Shown in pieces: positions 19,465-28,344 of a stretch of DNA of 33,783 nucleotides. Origin of the DNA: an uncultured Chitinophagales bacterium (GTDB lineage: Bacteria; Bacteroidota; Rhodothermia; Balneolales; M1805). The notes below the pieces were generated by a model, which was not told the origin of the DNA, made no database searches, and saw nothing but the letters and a program-made list of their open reading frames with translations. Numbering within the stretch: the stretch's first letter is position 1; each line of letters opens with the position of its first letter. The translations under genes were made by a program, and so were the position numbers. The stretch is from NCBI GenBank assembly GCA_964541325.1, contig CAZIQX010000004.1, positions 5,198 to 38,980 of the forward strand. The letters are read 5' to 3'.

Positions 19465-20208
19465 ATGGAAGACGTGTTACAAAATCTGGCAAACCTTCAA
19501 TACATTGATTCACGCATCGACGAAATTGCTCGTTTACGTGGGGATTTACCTGAAGAAATCGCCGATATTGAAATGGACATTGCTCGCCTAGAGAATCGTT
19601 TAAAAAACCTTCAACAAGAATCAATTGATCTAAAAAAAGAAGGCAAAATTTTAAGTGGTGATGTGGACGAAGCCAAACTACTCGTTGATAAATACGAGAA
19701 ACAGCAAATGACAGTGCGCAACAATCGTGAATACGATGCCTTAACCAAGGAAATCGATTCACAAAAACAGCGTATTGAAAATGCACTATCTCGATTAGAT
19801 GAAATCGAGATTCTTTTTGGCGAAAATGAGCGTCAAATTTTTGATACTCAAGACGCTTTAGCCGAAACACAAGAAATTTTAGCTCAAAAAGAAAAAGAAC
19901 TTGGCAAGCTAAAAGAACAAACCAAAGCAGAAGAAACGGAGTTGTTGAAAAAACGTGAAGAAGCTGCAAAAAAAGTTGGTGATCGTTATCTTCGAAATTA
20001 CGAACGCTTGCGTAGTGGTTACAAAAATGGAATGGTTGTTGTACCTATGGAACGTGGCGCTTGTTTAGGCATGATGCTCACACCACAAGTTCAGGTTGAA
20101 GTGCGTAAGAAAAATCGCATCATTATTGATGAATCATCAGGCCGTATTGTGGTTGATGCCAGCTTTTTCGAAATAGCAGAAAAAGAGTTTAAAGCTTCTT
20201 TTAAATAA
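19465..20208 (+). CDS. COG1579-type coiled-coil protein (the usual Nif3 operon partner), here with a degenerate C-terminal zinc ribbon
   Basis: LANLQYIDSRIDEI..LRGDLPEEI, NNREYDALTKEI and a long K/E coiled coil. It sits directly after nif3, as in many bacteria. The C-terminal ribbon keeps only 1 of the 4 expected Cys residues. Confidence 0.75.
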   Translation: MEDVLQNLANLQYIDSRIDEIARLRGDLPEEIADIEMDIARLENRLKNLQQESIDLKKEGKILSGDVDEAKLLVDKYEKQQMTVRNNREYDALTKEIDSQKQRIENALSRLDEIEILFGENERQIFDTQDALAETQEILAQKEKELGKLKEQTKAEETELLKKREEAAKKVGDRYLRNYERLRSGYKNGMVVVPMERGACLGMMLTPQVQVEVRKKNRIIIDESSGRIVVDASFFEIAEKEFKASFK

Positions 20209-20231
20209 CTGCTTGTTCTTTGATTATTTAA

Positions 20232-20600
20232 CATCGCATACGGGTAATCGCGCTTTGGGAAACCAAGGTGAGGAAAGTCCGGACACCAACAAGCACCGTG
20301 CTTCCTAACGGGAAGGCGTTCCGCGCACAGCCGGGGCGACAGAAAGTGCAACAGAAAATAAACCGCCACGACTTGTCGGGGTAAGGGTGAAATGGTGAGG
20401 TAAGAGCTCACCGCATTGATGGTAACATCAGATGGCAAGGTAAACCTCACGGGGTGTAAGACCAAATAGGGTCGTAAGTGCCGCTTGTCGCGCTACGCGG
20501 CCGGGTAGGTTGCAAGAGCTAATTAGTGATAATTAGCCTAGATAAATGATTACCTCACTCTTAGGAGTGAACAGAATCCGGCTTACAGTATGCGATGCTG
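20232..20600 (+). ncRNA. rnpB: RNase P RNA, bacterial type A
   Basis: P1 pairs catcgcatac (20232-) with gtatgcgatg (-20597). The universally conserved P4 strands GAGGAAAGTCCGGAC and ACAGAATCCGGCTTA are present. So are ACAGAAAGTGCAACAGAAAA and GGTAAGGGTGAAA (J11/12-type conserved blocks). Confidence 0.95.
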
Positions 20601-20616
20601 TGCTTTTATTGGGCTT

Positions 20617-20655
20617 AAACCCGTTTAGCTTCTGCTAAACGGGTTTTCTTTTTTG
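20617..20655 (+). terminator. Rho-independent terminator after rnpB
   Basis: A perfect 13-bp stem aaacccgtttagc (20617-20629) pairs with gctaaacgggttt (20634-20646). The loop is ttct and the tail is T-rich (ttttcttttttg). Confidence 0.85.
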
Positions 20656-20731
20656 TAAGTGTTGAATCGGATTTTAAATGAACGACTTTTTTTAGACCTC
20701 TGTTTACTGCTTAAATTCAATTTCTCATTGT

Positions 20732-21793
20732 ATGAAACTCCATTGTATTGTCATTCTACTTAGCCTCATTGCTTTTATGCCCAACGATTCTAATCCTTCC
20801 AAAGAGAGCAAACGTCATCACACCAAAGATGGATTTATCAACAATTATCCTATAGAACAACACGGTTTCGGTTCATTATTAAAATGGCAGTTCAGTAGTA
20901 TAGGTGAGGATCGTAAAATATTGGCCTTTCCTCTTGAATCGAATAACCCGGAATGGATTCGAAAGAATATCACCGAACCAACCATTACGTGGATTAACCA
21001 CTCCACATTTTTAATTCAAATGGATGGTGTGAATATTTTAACAGATCCCATTTTTTCTGAACGATGTTCACCAGTTCAGTGGGCCGGACCAAAACGTACC
21101 ACTCCCGTTGGTTTGCAGTTAAACGAGTTACCACCCATTGATTTTATTATCATTTCGCATGACCATTACGACCACTTAGATACTGGAACTGTTGAACAAT
21201 TAGAAGCTCAACAAAAAGATAATCCGCCAACTTGGTTTGTTCCTCTTGAAGTAAAAAAACGACTGATAGAATGGGGTGCAAAAGATGTAGTTGAGCTTGA
21301 TTGGTGGGACTCGCAACAGCATTCTGGTGTAGACATTCATTGTGTTCCGGCACAACATTTTAGTGGCCGCTCCCTAACTGATAGAAATTCAACATTGTGG
21401 GCGGGATGGGTACTCATAAAAAATGATAAACGATTTTTCTTTGCGGGTGATACCGGTTATTCACCCGATTTCAAAGAAATTGGAAAACGACTTGGTCCAT
21501 TCGATGTATCCTTTATCCCAATAGGAGCATATAATCCTCGTTGGTTTATGCGCGGCGTGCATGTTGACCCCTACGAAGCCATTGATATACATAAAGATGT
21601 TCAATCCAAACTTTCCATAGGTATGCATTGGGGAACCTTCTCCCTAGCTGATGAAGACATGGATGAACCACCTCGCGCCCTTAAAGACGGCTTACAAAAA
21701 GCGGGCATTCCGGAAAACCACTTTCTAATCTTGAAAAACGGCCAAATGTTGAATCTGACTGCTTTTTTTGAGGGTAAAGAAAACATCAAATAA
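20732..21793 (+). CDS. MBL-fold metallo-hydrolase (COG2220 / NAPE-PLD-like) with an N-terminal signal/anchor
   Basis: HxHxDH motif ISHDHYDHLD, plus downstream H/D ligand blocks (PAQHFSG, FAGDTGY, GMHWGTF). The N-terminus is hydrophobic. Confidence 0.8.
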   Translation: MKLHCIVILLSLIAFMPNDSNPSKESKRHHTKDGFINNYPIEQHGFGSLLKWQFSSIGEDRKILAFPLESNNPEWIRKNITEPTITWINHSTFLIQMDGVNILTDPIFSERCSPVQWAGPKRTTPVGLQLNELPPIDFIIISHDHYDHLDTGTVEQLEAQQKDNPPTWFVPLEVKKRLIEWGAKDVVELDWWDSQQHSGVDIHCVPAQHFSGRSLTDRNSTLWAGWVLIKNDKRFFFAGDTGYSPDFKEIGKRLGPFDVSFIPIGAYNPRWFMRGVHVDPYEAIDIHKDVQSKLSIGMHWGTFSLADEDMDEPPRALKDGLQKAGIPENHFLILKNGQMLNLTAFFEGKENIK

Positions 21794-21829
21794 TTTTTTT
21801 GAAGGTCTTGTTTTGCCTTAACTTTAGCG

Positions 21830-23695
21830 ATGCCATTTCGAATCAATTATCAGACTAAACGAAAACTTGCACGCATAAGTGTGTTAGTGCAAACGACTTG
21901 GCGCAACTGGAGATTAAACTATCAGTTTTTAAAAGGTGATTTATACGATTTTAGTCAATCGGCTAATCCCTACATACGAACAGCATCTTTTAGCTTAATA
22001 ATTCTTGCATTAATAACGGTATTAATTCCAGTATTATTTCAATCAATAATTGATGTTGATGCTGTACTAGAATGGCTTGAACCTCTTGTACTCCTAAGTT
22101 TTGGTAGTCTTTTTATTTTCAGATCAGGTATTGAGCCTCAACCGTTTCAGTTTATCAAATCAAGGAAATTCGAGGCCTTTGCTGCATTATTTGCCATTAT
22201 TTTAGGTTTCGAAATCGTATTCGATGGTGGCATCATCAGCTATATACAATTGGAGCATTGGGGTATTCCACACCCAAAACATTTCACCCTATTACTTGTT
22301 GAGTATTATCTCATTGTTTTAATAATTATTAAAGTAATCCAATACACACCCGTTGTAATTGCCAATAATAAAAATCCAGCTCGCTTAGTTCTAAGTAGCT
22401 TTTTAGGCTTCATTATATTTGGGGCGTTACTATTAATGCTTCCTGTTGCAACCATAAATAACCAAGGACTTTCCTTTATTAATGCTTTATTTATGTCGGC
22501 GAGTGCGGTTTGTGTAACCGGTTTAGCTGTAGTTGACCCTGCAACACAACTTAGTTTCTTTGGGCAGATTGTTTTACTCATACTCATTCAAATCGGTGGA
22601 ATTGGAGTAATCACCTTTGCTACTTTTTTAGCTATGTATATTTCAGAGCAACTTGGAGTTTCTGAACGTCATATTTTACAAGAAGTTGTGGGGCAAGAAG
22701 ATGTTAGAGCTGTGGCAAAAACTCTAAAACGTATTGTTCTAGTTACGTTCACGTTTGAGTTTATTGGTGCAATTAGTTATTTCATAAGTTGGTCTGAAGA
22801 AATTCCAAATACATCAACCCGACTATTCTTTAGTATTTTCCACTCTATCTCTGCGTTCTGCAATGCAGGATTCTCTCTTTTTTCCAATAGTTTAGCAGAC
22901 ACGTTTAATGCCACTTCATGGGACATTAACCTCACAACGATGATTTTAATTGTTTTTGGTGGTTTGGGTTTTACAAGCATTACTGAACTCCTTTTAAAAA
23001 TAAAGCCTATCGATGGAAGGCCTTGGAGAATTAGTGCCTACAGTAAAATCGTATTTCGCATGACGGCTTTTCTGATTGGCCTAGGATTCATCTTCATATT
23101 GTTAACAGAGTGGAATCAAGCGCTAGAAGGATTCTCTTGGATTGATAAAGTACAATTCGCTTTATTTCAAAGTATCACAACCCGGACAGCAGGTTTTAAT
23201 ACCCTTGATATTTCGTCGTTAAGTGTGGCTACAACGCTATTTATGATGACATTAATGAGTATTGGAGGGTCGCCATCATCAACTGCCGGTGGTATTAAAA
23301 CAACTACTGCCTATGTGTTATTTGCTGCAATGATTGCCAATATTAAAGGAAAACAACGCCTTGAAATCGCTCATAGAACCATACCCAACAGTGTTGTTTT
23401 TCGTGCAATTAGTGTGCTTTTTTTGGCGATAATAACTTCTTTAGTTTCTGTTGTCATTTTAAGTATCACCGAACCATTTTCATTTTTAGATATTTTATTT
23501 GAGCAAATCTCAGCTTTTATGACCGTAGGACTTTCACGTGGAATTACAGCTGACTTAAGCACTTGGGGAAAACTAGTTATTGTTTTTTCTATGTTTATTG
23601 GCAGAGTTGGTCTCTTAACATTTGCCGTAGCTTTTGCAAATAAAGCAGATTCACAGAATTATTCTTATCCTGAAGAAAATATCCCCGTAAACTAA
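21830..23695 (+). CDS. TrkH/KtrB-family K+ transporter membrane subunit with a roughly 180-aa N-terminal extension
   Basis: It contains the repeated M1-P-M2 units of the family, with selectivity-filter-like motifs (SAVCVTGL, AFCNAGFS, TRTAGFN, GGSPSSTAGGIKT). A TrkA-like gene follows directly. Confidence 0.85.
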   Translation: MPFRINYQTKRKLARISVLVQTTWRNWRLNYQFLKGDLYDFSQSANPYIRTASFSLIILALITVLIPVLFQSIIDVDAVLEWLEPLVLLSFGSLFIFRSGIEPQPFQFIKSRKFEAFAALFAIILGFEIVFDGGIISYIQLEHWGIPHPKHFTLLLVEYYLIVLIIIKVIQYTPVVIANNKNPARLVLSSFLGFIIFGALLLMLPVATINNQGLSFINALFMSASAVCVTGLAVVDPATQLSFFGQIVLLILIQIGGIGVITFATFLAMYISEQLGVSERHILQEVVGQEDVRAVAKTLKRIVLVTFTFEFIGAISYFISWSEEIPNTSTRLFFSIFHSISAFCNAGFSLFSNSLADTFNATSWDINLTTMILIVFGGLGFTSITELLLKIKPIDGRPWRISAYSKIVFRMTAFLIGLGFIFILLTEWNQALEGFSWIDKVQFALFQSITTRTAGFNTLDISSLSVATTLFMMTLMSIGGSPSSTAGGIKTTTAYVLFAAMIANIKGKQRLEIAHRTIPNSVVFRAISVLFLAIITSLVSVVILSITEPFSFLDILFEQISAFMTVGLSRGITADLSTWGKLVIVFSMFIGRVGLLTFAVAFANKADSQNYSYPEENIPVN

Positions 23696-23701
23696 ACCTC
23701 A

Positions 23702-24394
23702 ATGAAAAACAAACATTTACAAGTAGCTGTTATTGGTCTGGGCGCTTTTGGAAAAGCCCTTGTAAAATCTTTGGCTAAACAAGGTGCTGATGTTATAGCC
23801 GTTGATAAGCGCATGGATTATGTTGATGAGCTCAAATTTGTTACCAAACAAGCCATTTGTTTCGATGCAACTGATATTAAACAACTTAGAATGCATGGGT
23901 TAACCGAAGTTGATGTTGCGGTGATTGCAATTGGTGAAGCGTTTGAGCCCGTTGTTATAGTTGCCATGGAACTACTGAATGCCGGTGTTAAAGAAGTGTA
24001 TGCGCGCGCCAATTCAGATGTTCAGGAACAAATTTTAAAACGTATCGGCATTACTGAGGTAATCCATCCGGAACGTCAGGTTGGAGAACGCATGGGCATC
24101 ACTCTTCATAGGCGAGGGATGAAAGATTTGTTAGAACTAGGGGAAGGTCTTTCAGTTATTGAAATATTAGTTCCTAAATCGATGCATGGGTACACCTTAG
24201 CAGAATTAGAATTACGTAAACGTTTTGGGGTAAACGTTCTAACTGTTAATCGTCCATTTCAAACAGAAAACACTGAAACTGTTGAGTATAAATCTCTTGG
24301 CTTTGTAGAGCCTACCACAAAGTTGCAGAAGGGCGATAAAATGGTAGTCTTAGGTGGAATAAATGAATGTGCTAAATTGGTTGAATTGGATTAA
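23702..24394 (+). CDS. TrkA/KtrA-family RCK (NAD-binding) K+ transport regulatory subunit
   Basis: Rossmann motif VIGLGAFGKAL plus a C-terminal TrkA-C-like domain. It lies 6 nt downstream of the TrkH-like gene. Confidence 0.85.
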   Translation: MKNKHLQVAVIGLGAFGKALVKSLAKQGADVIAVDKRMDYVDELKFVTKQAICFDATDIKQLRMHGLTEVDVAVIAIGEAFEPVVIVAMELLNAGVKEVYARANSDVQEQILKRIGITEVIHPERQVGERMGITLHRRGMKDLLELGEGLSVIEILVPKSMHGYTLAELELRKRFGVNVLTVNRPFQTENTETVEYKSLGFVEPTTKLQKGDKMVVLGGINECAKLVELD

Positions 24395-25770
24395 ATCTTG
24401 ACATCTTGTGCACGCATTCTTGCAAAATAATCCTTTGCTGCTGCCATCACTTTTGGTGATAAAATTAACGCGGAGGTCATTGTTGGAATAGCCATTAAAG
24501 CGTACATGCCATCAATTAGATTTACAACGGCATCGATAGAAGCTATAGCACCAAAAACAACCGTTGCTACATAAAAATAGTTGAAGTACTTCGAGCGGTC
24601 GGCACCAATCAAGTAGCTTAAACATTTTGTTCCGTAATACGAGTAAGTAAATAAAGAACTCATTGCAAAAGTGAGTACACTCAACACCAATAAGTACGTA
24701 CCCCAACCGGGTAAAGCTGTTTCAAAGGCACGCGCTGTTAAGGTAACGCCATTAGTGTCGCTCGTTTGCCAAACACCAGTAGAAAGTATGGCAAGTGCGG
24801 TCATCGTGCACACTAACAACGTATCTATAGCAGGACCCATCATACCCACCAAACCTTCACGAATGGGTTCTTTAGTTTTTGCAGCACCATGTGCCATAGA
24901 CTCAGTACCAATTCCTGCTTCATTTGAAAAAGCTGCACGTCGAACACCGGTAATAATTAAAGCGCCTACGGCACCGCCCATTACGGCTTCACCCGTAAAA
25001 GCATCGGTAACAATCATCGCAAAAATTGAGGGAACTGTTTCCCAATGCTGCCCGATAATGAGAAGCACACTAATACAGTAAATGATTACCATAAAAGGAA
25101 CCAAGCGAGATGCAACAGAACCAATTCGTTTGATTCCTCCAAAAATCACCAGGGAAACCAATACCGATAAGACTAAACCGATTACTAAGTCGCCCATAAA
25201 ATGATTGTTTGCATCCACCACTTGGTTGGGAACTAAAACAATATCTCGAATAACTTGTGTTAATTGATTGGATTGAAAAATCGGAAGCGGTCCAAATAAA
25301 CCGGCCACAGCAAATAAATAGGCTAAGGGTTTCCAGGCTTTTCCCAAACCCTCCTGCACCACATACATAGGGCCACCCTGAACATCACCATTAGAATCTT
25401 TACCACGATACATAATGGCCAAGGAACACGTAAAAAACTTGGTTGCCATTCCAAAAAATGCCGAAACCCACATCCAAAACAAGGCACCGGGACCTCCCAT
25501 AACGATGGCAACAGCTACTCCACTGATATTTCCCATTCCAACGGTTGAAGCCATATGACTCATTAAGGCTTGAAAATGATTGATGTCACCCGGGTCGTCA
25601 GGGTCATCGTATTTACCTTGAAGCACTTTTATGGCATGGCCAAAATAGCGAAAGGGTAAAAAGCGAGAGTAAAACATGAAAAAGATACCACCGCCAAGCA
25701 ATAAAATTAAAAGGGGCATTCCCCATGCATAAGAGCTGAATGCGGCTAAAAATTGGTTAAGTGCTTCCAA
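24391..25770 (-). CDS. Alanine/glycine:cation symporter (AGCS family)
   Basis: 459 aa and polytopic. AGCS-type motifs are GPGALFWMW, GGPMYV and FSNEAGIG. The start is a forced TTG at 25770, because an in-frame TGA sits 2 codons upstream and the next Met would delete the first TM helix. Confidence 0.85.
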   Translation of the reverse strand: MEALNQFLAAFSSYAWGMPLLILLLGGGIFFMFYSRFLPFRYFGHAIKVLQGKYDDPDDPGDINHFQALMSHMASTVGMGNISGVAVAIVMGGPGALFWMWVSAFFGMATKFFTCSLAIMYRGKDSNGDVQGGPMYVVQEGLGKAWKPLAYLFAVAGLFGPLPIFQSNQLTQVIRDIVLVPNQVVDANNHFMGDLVIGLVLSVLVSLVIFGGIKRIGSVASRLVPFMVIIYCISVLLIIGQHWETVPSIFAMIVTDAFTGEAVMGGAVGALIITGVRRAAFSNEAGIGTESMAHGAAKTKEPIREGLVGMMGPAIDTLLVCTMTALAILSTGVWQTSDTNGVTLTARAFETALPGWGTYLLVLSVLTFAMSSLFTYSYYGTKCLSYLIGADRSKYFNYFYVATVVFGAIASIDAVVNLIDGMYALMAIPTMTSALILSPKVMAAAKDYFARMRAQDVKI

Positions 25771-26021
25771 ATTATTTCAGGTTGATGACAGGTAATTTGC
25801 AGAAATTTAGGCATTTAAATGAACTAAAGGGGCTTTTTTACTGATTTTGATAATTTGGACCAGCCGATTTTCGAACTCATCAATCACTGCGTAACATTTC
25901 TTCACCATTTGATAATCTCCAAACAATGAGCGAAACCTTGAATTGATTGTATATTTCGTTTTGCTTCTGTTTTCAAAAACAGGCATCTTTGCTAGCTAAA
26001 AAAGCGCTTCCAATACAAAAT

Positions 26022-26984
26022 ATGACAAAAATTGCTCGAGGTCTAACACCCTTTCTTACACATCTGATAGACTATGCAGGGATGTTTCCGCCCGCAAAAC
26101 TAGACTTTACGACTGCATTTTCGAATTACCTGGACTATCAATTGGATAAGGACGCATGGATGATGGAGCGATTCGTGTTTCCGATTCAATCTTCACAAAA
26201 CATTGATGCTTTTTCTCAGCGTTTAAAAACACATCCGAAAACAGTTCCTTTAACTGTACTTCCAGTTCAACAAGCTGAATACACCGATTATTTGAATCAA
26301 TTTCACCATGATGTGGAAGAGTTGGTTCGAGCGATTGAACCTTTTCGTATAGATGCCCGATATTTTGAGTGCAAACTTCCGTTATCTGTTCAACAATCCA
26401 CCCAAAATGAAGTTCACCTTTTCATCAGTCAACTTTTGTCCATTTCAAGTAATGCAGGTATTCAAGAACCCCGATTTTTTATTGAGTTAAGTTTGCAGCA
26501 AGATTGGAAATCAACACTCGAAACACATATTCCTTTATTAAAAAGCCATGCTTTAAGCAATCAGTTGGGTTTTAAACTCCGTTGTGGTGGCATCACCGCC
26601 GACGCCTTTCCTGATGCTGAACTAATAGCTCATGCCATTTATTTGTGCAAAAAAGTTGAACTTCCCATTAAGTTCACCGCAGGATTGCACCATCCGATAC
26701 GTCACTACAATGAGTCAGTCCAAACAAAAATGTATGGGTTTTTTAATGTATTTGGCGCCTCTATTTTGGCTTACGCTTATCCTTTAAGTATTACTGAAAT
26801 ACAGGAAATTTTATTGGATGAAAAACCTGAACACTTTGTTTTTAATGAGTCTGGCATGCAATGGCGAGAGCTTTCTGTAAATACACATCAACTAAATCAG
26901 GCGCGGGAGTTATTTTGCACAAGTTATGGCAGTTGCAGTTTTGATGAACCGCGTGAAGATCTACACACCTTACATTTACTTTAA
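26022..26984 (+). CDS. Conserved-looking hypothetical protein, translationally coupled to fahA
   Basis: The track ORF starts at a TTG (25947). I prefer the ATG at 26022 (MTKIARGL...). Notable motifs are GFKLRCGG and KFTAGLHHPIRH. The stop lies 2 nt before the fahA ATG. I do not recognise the family. Confidence 0.6.
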   Translation: MTKIARGLTPFLTHLIDYAGMFPPAKLDFTTAFSNYLDYQLDKDAWMMERFVFPIQSSQNIDAFSQRLKTHPKTVPLTVLPVQQAEYTDYLNQFHHDVEELVRAIEPFRIDARYFECKLPLSVQQSTQNEVHLFISQLLSISSNAGIQEPRFFIELSLQQDWKSTLETHIPLLKSHALSNQLGFKLRCGGITADAFPDAELIAHAIYLCKKVELPIKFTAGLHHPIRHYNESVQTKMYGFFNVFGASILAYAYPLSITEIQEILLDEKPEHFVFNESGMQWRELSVNTHQLNQARELFCTSYGSCSFDEPREDLHTLHLL

Positions 26985-26986
26985 TT

Positions 26987-28285
26987 ATGATACGCTTAGA
27001 AGACACCTGGAAACCGAACTTGGTTTCTTTTATTGAATCTGCTCAGGGTTCACTTTTTCCTATTCAACATCTTCCCTTGGGAATTTTTAAACCACAAATG
27101 GATGGAAACTATCGTGTTGGGGTTGCTATTGGGGATTTTGTTCTCGATTTAGCTATGCTTGATGATTATGGATTGTTCGATGAGTATTCCTGGGCAAGAA
27201 AAAAAATGTTTAACCGCTTAACACTTAATCGGATTATGGCTTTAGGACGCAATGCTTCGCAGGAAATCCGCTGCCGATTGGTTGAATTGTTGTCTATAGA
27301 TAATGCAGAGTTACGTGATCATGAAGAACTACGTTCGCATGCCTTTCATCGCATGGAAGATGTAACCATGAATTTACCGGTAGATATTGGAGACTACACC
27401 GATTTTTACTCATCAAAAGAGCATGCTACCAATGTTGGTATCATGTTTAGAGGTAAAGACAACGCACTGCAACCCAACTGGTTACACTTACCTGTCGGAT
27501 ATCATGGAAGAGCAAGCACAGTTGTAAAATCAGGTACGTCGATTGTGCGTCCATCCGGACAAACAAAAGCTGATTCTGCCGAGAAACCTAGTTTTGGACC
27601 TTCTCGTTTGTTGGATTTTGAGTTAGAAATGGGCTTTTTTGTAGGAACTCCAAACAAATTAGGCGAACCCATTTCTATGCAAGATGCTGAACATCATATT
27701 TGGGGAATGGTGATTGTTAACGATTGGAGTGCCCGTGATATCCAAAAATGGGAATATGTTCCACTTGGACCCTTCTTAGCCAAAAATTTCGCAACATCTA
27801 TATCTCCTTGGGTTGTTACCATGGAAGCTCTAGAGCCGTTCCGGGTTAAAGGACCTATACAAGACCCACAACCACTATCATACTTACAAACTCAAAGCGC
27901 TCAAGCTTTTGATATTCAATTGGATGTGCAATTAAAAACTCCGGCAGCATTAACATTTGAAAGTATTTCTAAATCAAACTTCAAGTATTTGTATTGGAGT
28001 ATGGCTCAACAACTTGTACATCATACGGTAACGGGATGTGCTATGCGAACCGGTGACTTATTGGCTAGCGGAACAATCAGTGGACCTACACCTGATTCAT
28101 ACGGTAGTTTATTGGAACTTACCTGGCGTGGAGAAAATCCGCTAAAATTATCTACCGGTGAAGAACGTACTTTCTTGCGAGATGGTGATGTACTCAAAAT
28201 GACAGCATTTTGCGCAAACGAATACTACAAAATCGGATTTGGCGAAGTTGTAGGTGAAATTCTTCCTGCTGTCTCATTCGAATAA
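26987..28285 (+). CDS. fahA: Fumarylacetoacetase (two-domain, eukaryote-like FAH)
   Basis: The N-terminal domain FPIQHLPLGIF....YRVGVAIGDFVLDL matches the FAH N-domain. The C-terminal FAH-fold blocks are DYTDFYSS, LDFELEMG, VNDWSARDIQ.WEY.PLGPF..KNF and GDLLASGTISG. Confidence 0.9.
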   Translation: MIRLEDTWKPNLVSFIESAQGSLFPIQHLPLGIFKPQMDGNYRVGVAIGDFVLDLAMLDDYGLFDEYSWARKKMFNRLTLNRIMALGRNASQEIRCRLVELLSIDNAELRDHEELRSHAFHRMEDVTMNLPVDIGDYTDFYSSKEHATNVGIMFRGKDNALQPNWLHLPVGYHGRASTVVKSGTSIVRPSGQTKADSAEKPSFGPSRLLDFELEMGFFVGTPNKLGEPISMQDAEHHIWGMVIVNDWSARDIQKWEYVPLGPFLAKNFATSISPWVVTMEALEPFRVKGPIQDPQPLSYLQTQSAQAFDIQLDVQLKTPAALTFESISKSNFKYLYWSMAQQLVHHTVTGCAMRTGDLLASGTISGPTPDSYGSLLELTWRGENPLKLSTGEERTFLRDGDVLKMTAFCANEYYKIGFGEVVGEILPAVSFE

Positions 28286-28290
28286 TGATT

Positions 28291-28325
28291 AAAAAAAAGC
28301 CGAATTTTATCCAAATTCGGCTTTT
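28291..28325. terminator. Bidirectional terminator between the convergent fahA and DUF4097 genes
   Basis: Stem gccgaattt (28299-28307) pairs with aaattcggc (28313-28321). An A8 run lies upstream and a T4 run downstream, so the U-tract is stronger for the minus-strand transcript. Confidence 0.75.
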
Positions 28326-28344
28326 GAGATGAGTTATAATAAAA

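Noticed and set aside
19463-19969. 168-aa minus-strand ORF
   Set aside because: It is antisense to the K/E-rich coiled-coil COG1579 gene. Its L/F/R-rich low-complexity product is the mirror image of GAA/AAA-rich codons. It has no independent support.
20091-20465. 124-aa minus-strand ORF
   Set aside because: It lies almost entirely inside the RNase P RNA gene on the opposite strand. It is an artefact of the GC-rich structured RNA.
24671-25081. 136-aa plus-strand ORF
   Set aside because: It is antisense within the well-supported AGCS symporter gene and has no recognisable motifs.
25771-26021. The 251-nt divergent intergenic region upstream of the alanine/glycine symporter, checked for a glycine riboswitch
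   Set aside because: I read both strands and found none of the conserved glycine-riboswitch core elements (GGAGAG ... CACCG ... type blocks), and no convincing stem-loop architecture. It is probably just two divergent promoters. A covariance-model scan (Rfam) would settle it.
25947-26021. The TTG-initiated N-terminal extension (MYISFCFCFQKQ...) of the ORF upstream of fahA
   Set aside because: The extension is hydrophobic and Cys-rich, looks non-native, and begins at a TTG. The ATG at 26022 gives a sensible N-terminus. The shorter model is preferred.
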